64,000 bases of DNA from Odoribacter sp. Z80 (lineage in GTDB: Bacteria; Bacteroidota; Bacteroidia; Bacteroidales; Marinifilaceae), in assembly GCF_009935865.1 (NCBI RefSeq), contig NZ_QWEL01000002.1, positions 344,426-408,425 of the forward strand, given 5' to 3'. Each line of letters begins with the position of its first letter. Within the stretch, counting starts at the first letter, position 1. The position numbers and the translations under genes were made by a program. The notes under the pieces were generated by a model, which was not told the origin of the DNA, searched no databases, and worked only from the letters and a program-made list of their open reading frames with translations. This document shows positions 63,973 through 64,000 of this stretch, in pieces.

Positions 63973-64000
63973 GTCCAATTAAATTAGGATTTAATTGGAC
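63973..64000. repeat. Perfect 12-bp inverted repeat with a 4-nt spacer at the window edge, upstream of wecC.
   Basis: GTCCAATTAAAT-tagg-ATTTAATTGGAC. Confidence 0.85.

Overview
The window looks like a Bacteroidales chromosomal segment of roughly 45-55% GC (estimated by eye). Supporting this are a SusC/SusD pair, an ECF-sigma/FecR pair with an N-terminal signalling extension on SusC, and a TAnnTTTG -7 promoter box. I can support about 50 protein genes, one tRNA-Leu(CAA), several intrinsic terminators and a few repeats from the sequence alone. There is no CRISPR array, transposase or integrase.

Layout:
- 1-3.4 kb (minus strand): a truncated Wzx-like flippase and a YfhO membrane protein.
- 3.4-16.8 kb: housekeeping and envelope genes, namely U32 peptidase, frr, kdsB, two tandem bactofilins, a GH2 beta-galactosidase, a PurF-like amidotransferase, a SulP transporter, YccF, a Ca/Na antiporter, and a LemA-TPM-TPM trio.
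- 16.9-27.5 kb: an ECF-sigma / FecR / SusC / SusD / lipoprotein / M16 peptidase locus, followed by ChaN and a twin-CDGSH protein.
- 29.7-36.4 kb (minus strand): the stand-out object, an orphan 2229-aa cytoplasmic protein. Its two recognisable parts are an apparently intact class-I aminotransferase (PLP) motif set and an HprK-like P-loop kinase motif. A CYTH protein follows it 11 bp downstream. A 478-bp leader precedes it, with a strand-specific intrinsic terminator 33 nt before the ATG, a 16-bp palindrome and a small hydrophobic ORF.
- 36.9-52.5 kb: a YugP-like Zn peptidase, metK, a (AAAAGCG)4 heptamer repeat in the metK/waaA divergent region, waaA, a serine peptidase, a MATE exporter, a HAD hydrolase, a GH20 hexosaminidase, tRNA-Leu, a YqiJ-like/flotillin pair, an OprO/P-type porin and topoisomerase III.
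- 52.6-63.9 kb (minus strand): a polysaccharide locus of wecC, a secreted GH20, wecB, Wzx, several glycosyltransferases, a Wzy-like protein and a WecB/TagA/CpsF transferase.

All functional calls rest on motif and pattern recognition in the translated ORFs; no database search was possible.
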